Assembly (NCBI RefSeq): GCF_030684315.1
Contig: NC_081383.1
Span: 36,148,180 to 36,212,179, forward strand
Length of the DNA stretch: 64,000 nt
Direction: 5' to 3'
Source: Stegostoma tigrinum
Lineage: Eukaryota
Both the position numbers and the translations under genes were made by a program. Shown here piece by piece: positions 62,340 through 64,000 of the stretch. Position 1 is the first letter of the stretch; every line of letters starts with the position of its first letter. The notes under the pieces were generated by a model. The model was given only the letters and a program-made list of their open reading frames with translations. It did no database searches and was not told the DNA's origin.

Positions 62340-64000
62340 AGTCATAGAAAGGCCATTCAACCATCATGCCTACAATGGCTCTTTAAATGAGCATCATTAT
62401 GTGGTGCCAGTCTCCTGCTTTTCTCCCATTCCCTTGCACTCTAATGCTATCCAAATAATAATCAAATGTATTCTTGGATGCACCAATTGAGCCTGCCTAC
62501 ACTACATTTCCAGGCACTGCATTCCATATAGTGATTACTCCCTGTGCAAATAAGTTTTCTTTCCTCACATCATCCTTGCTTTTGCACATCACTTTAAATA
62601 TGTACCCTTTTATTCTTGTTCATTTTATGAGCAAGAACAGCTGCTCCTTATCTACTCTATCCAGCCTGCTCTAGACTTTGAAAACATCTATCAAATCTCC
62701 CCTCAGCCTCATTCTCTCCAATGATAACAGTCCCAACTACTTCAATTTATCCTCATAAATGAAATACTTCATTCCAGGAGTGATCCTTGTAAGATCACTT
62801 CTGTACTCTTTCCAAGTCATTCATATCTTTCCTATAATGTGGTGCCTGCAACTGTGCGCAATATTTCAACTGAGGTCTAACAAGTATTTTATACAAGCTC
62901 AACATCACCTCCTTGCTCTTCTGTCCTATTAATAAGACCAAGGACACCAAGTGCATTCGTCAACTGCTCTCTCTACCCTTCCCGCTATTGATGTGGAGGT
63001 GCCGGTGTTGGATTGGGGTGGACAAGGTCAGAAATCATATGACATCAGTTTATAATCCAACAGGTTTATTTGAAAACTCAAGCTTTCTGAGCCTCAGTCC
63101 TTCTTCAGGTGTTAGTGAGAGGAGTAGTATCAGATGCAGAATTAATAAATAAAAGATCAAAAGTTTACAGCATTGATGAGGATGTATTGAACAAACCGAA
63201 GAAGCTATGTATATTTAAATTCCCGAATTCCTTTCAAGTCATGGTCCTGGAAGAATTAGGGGTTTTATCAGTGTAAAGAAGAGGTAACGTTTTAGGTCAG
63301 ACAATGCATGTTAGGTGTGAAGCCTTGTTTAGAATTGGTTTGTGTCTAAGTTTGGAGTCAGACTGGTTTTATGTCTCAAGTGGAAATTTATAAAATACCA
63401 TATTGATTGACTGTCTATAAAGAGTGTGCTTTTTGAACAAAATAAAATGTATCTGCAAATACAAATTCGGGGACTTACATAATAATCACTTAAAACCTTC
63501 TAATGGATTAAAGATTTAACAGCATCTTCAGTTGTTTGGTACATCCTTATCAATAGTGTGAACATTTAATCTTTTACTTATAAATTCTGTGTCTGATACT
63601 ACCTCTGTCACTAAGACCTGAAGAAGGACTGAGGCTCCGAAAGCCTGTGTTTTCAAATAAACCTGTCGGACTATAACCTGGTGTCGTGTGATTTCTAACC
63701 TTCTTTGCGTTGAACTTCATTTGCTACCTATCTGCCCACTTCATCAACTTGTTAATGTCCTACTGGAGTTCTACACAATCCTCCTCACAGTTTACAATTC
63801 TTCCAAGTTTCATGTCAACTGCAAATTCTGAAATCAGTATCTGCAGATCAAGATCCAGATCATTAATATATATTAGGAAAAGCAAGGGTCTCTGGAGGAC
63901 TCCACTACAAACCTGCCTCCACTCTGAAAAATATCCATTGATGATGTTTCCTGTTGCTCAGCCAATTTTACATCTACTTTGCTACGGTCTCTTTTATACC
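62340..64000 (-). mobile_element. CR1 LINE 3' part, interrupted by a Penelope-like element
   Basis: Tail at 62340; ttccaagtttcatgtcaactgcaaa (FAxDxKL on minus) at ~63800. Confidence 0.8.
62989..63700 (-). mobile_element. Penelope-like element, family C, with inverted pLTR ends carrying hammerhead-like cores
   Basis: 63025-63115 is inverted to 63610-63700; both contain CTGAAGA-A-GGA...TC(C/A)-GAAA-GC(T/C)T. Confidence 0.75.

Overview
Eukaryotic, AT-rich, repeat-dense vertebrate DNA. The repeat complement (HE1-type V-SINEs, SacSINE1-like DeuSINEs, CR1 LINEs, Penelope-like elements) points to a shark or other elasmobranch (inference). Two host loci are readable. (1) At the left end (+), an immunoglobulin light-chain constant exon (1474-1790, sigma-like by inference). 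It is preceded by a decayed V-like remnant and an intronless leader-like ORF whose splice phase matches the C exon; I found no intact J or RSS in the window. (2) On the minus strand, the complete coding sequence of ELAVL1/HuR: five coding exons (211+104+154+226+328 nt = 340 aa), followed by about 13 kb that is unusually poor in young repeats. Between the two loci lie nested transposon relics: a Gmr1-type Gypsy LTR element (INT before RNase H), CR1 and L2-clade LINEs, SINEs, Harbinger fragments, and at least three families of Penelope-derived elements. Many of the Penelope-derived copies are short hairpins with 9-16 bp target-site duplications and a minimal hammerhead-ribozyme-like core. Most notable leads: a possible V/J-less leader-to-C light-chain transcript with a lambda5-like layout; ELAVL1 exons that recreate 5' splice sites after splicing (exon 5 has the identical CAG|GTATGT at both ends); hammerhead-anchored palindromic mini-elements; and a 190-bp exact local copy with an internal skip and an oligo-T end. 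Gene boundaries were counted by hand. Repeat boundaries are approximate, and family names come from motif recognition, not database searches.
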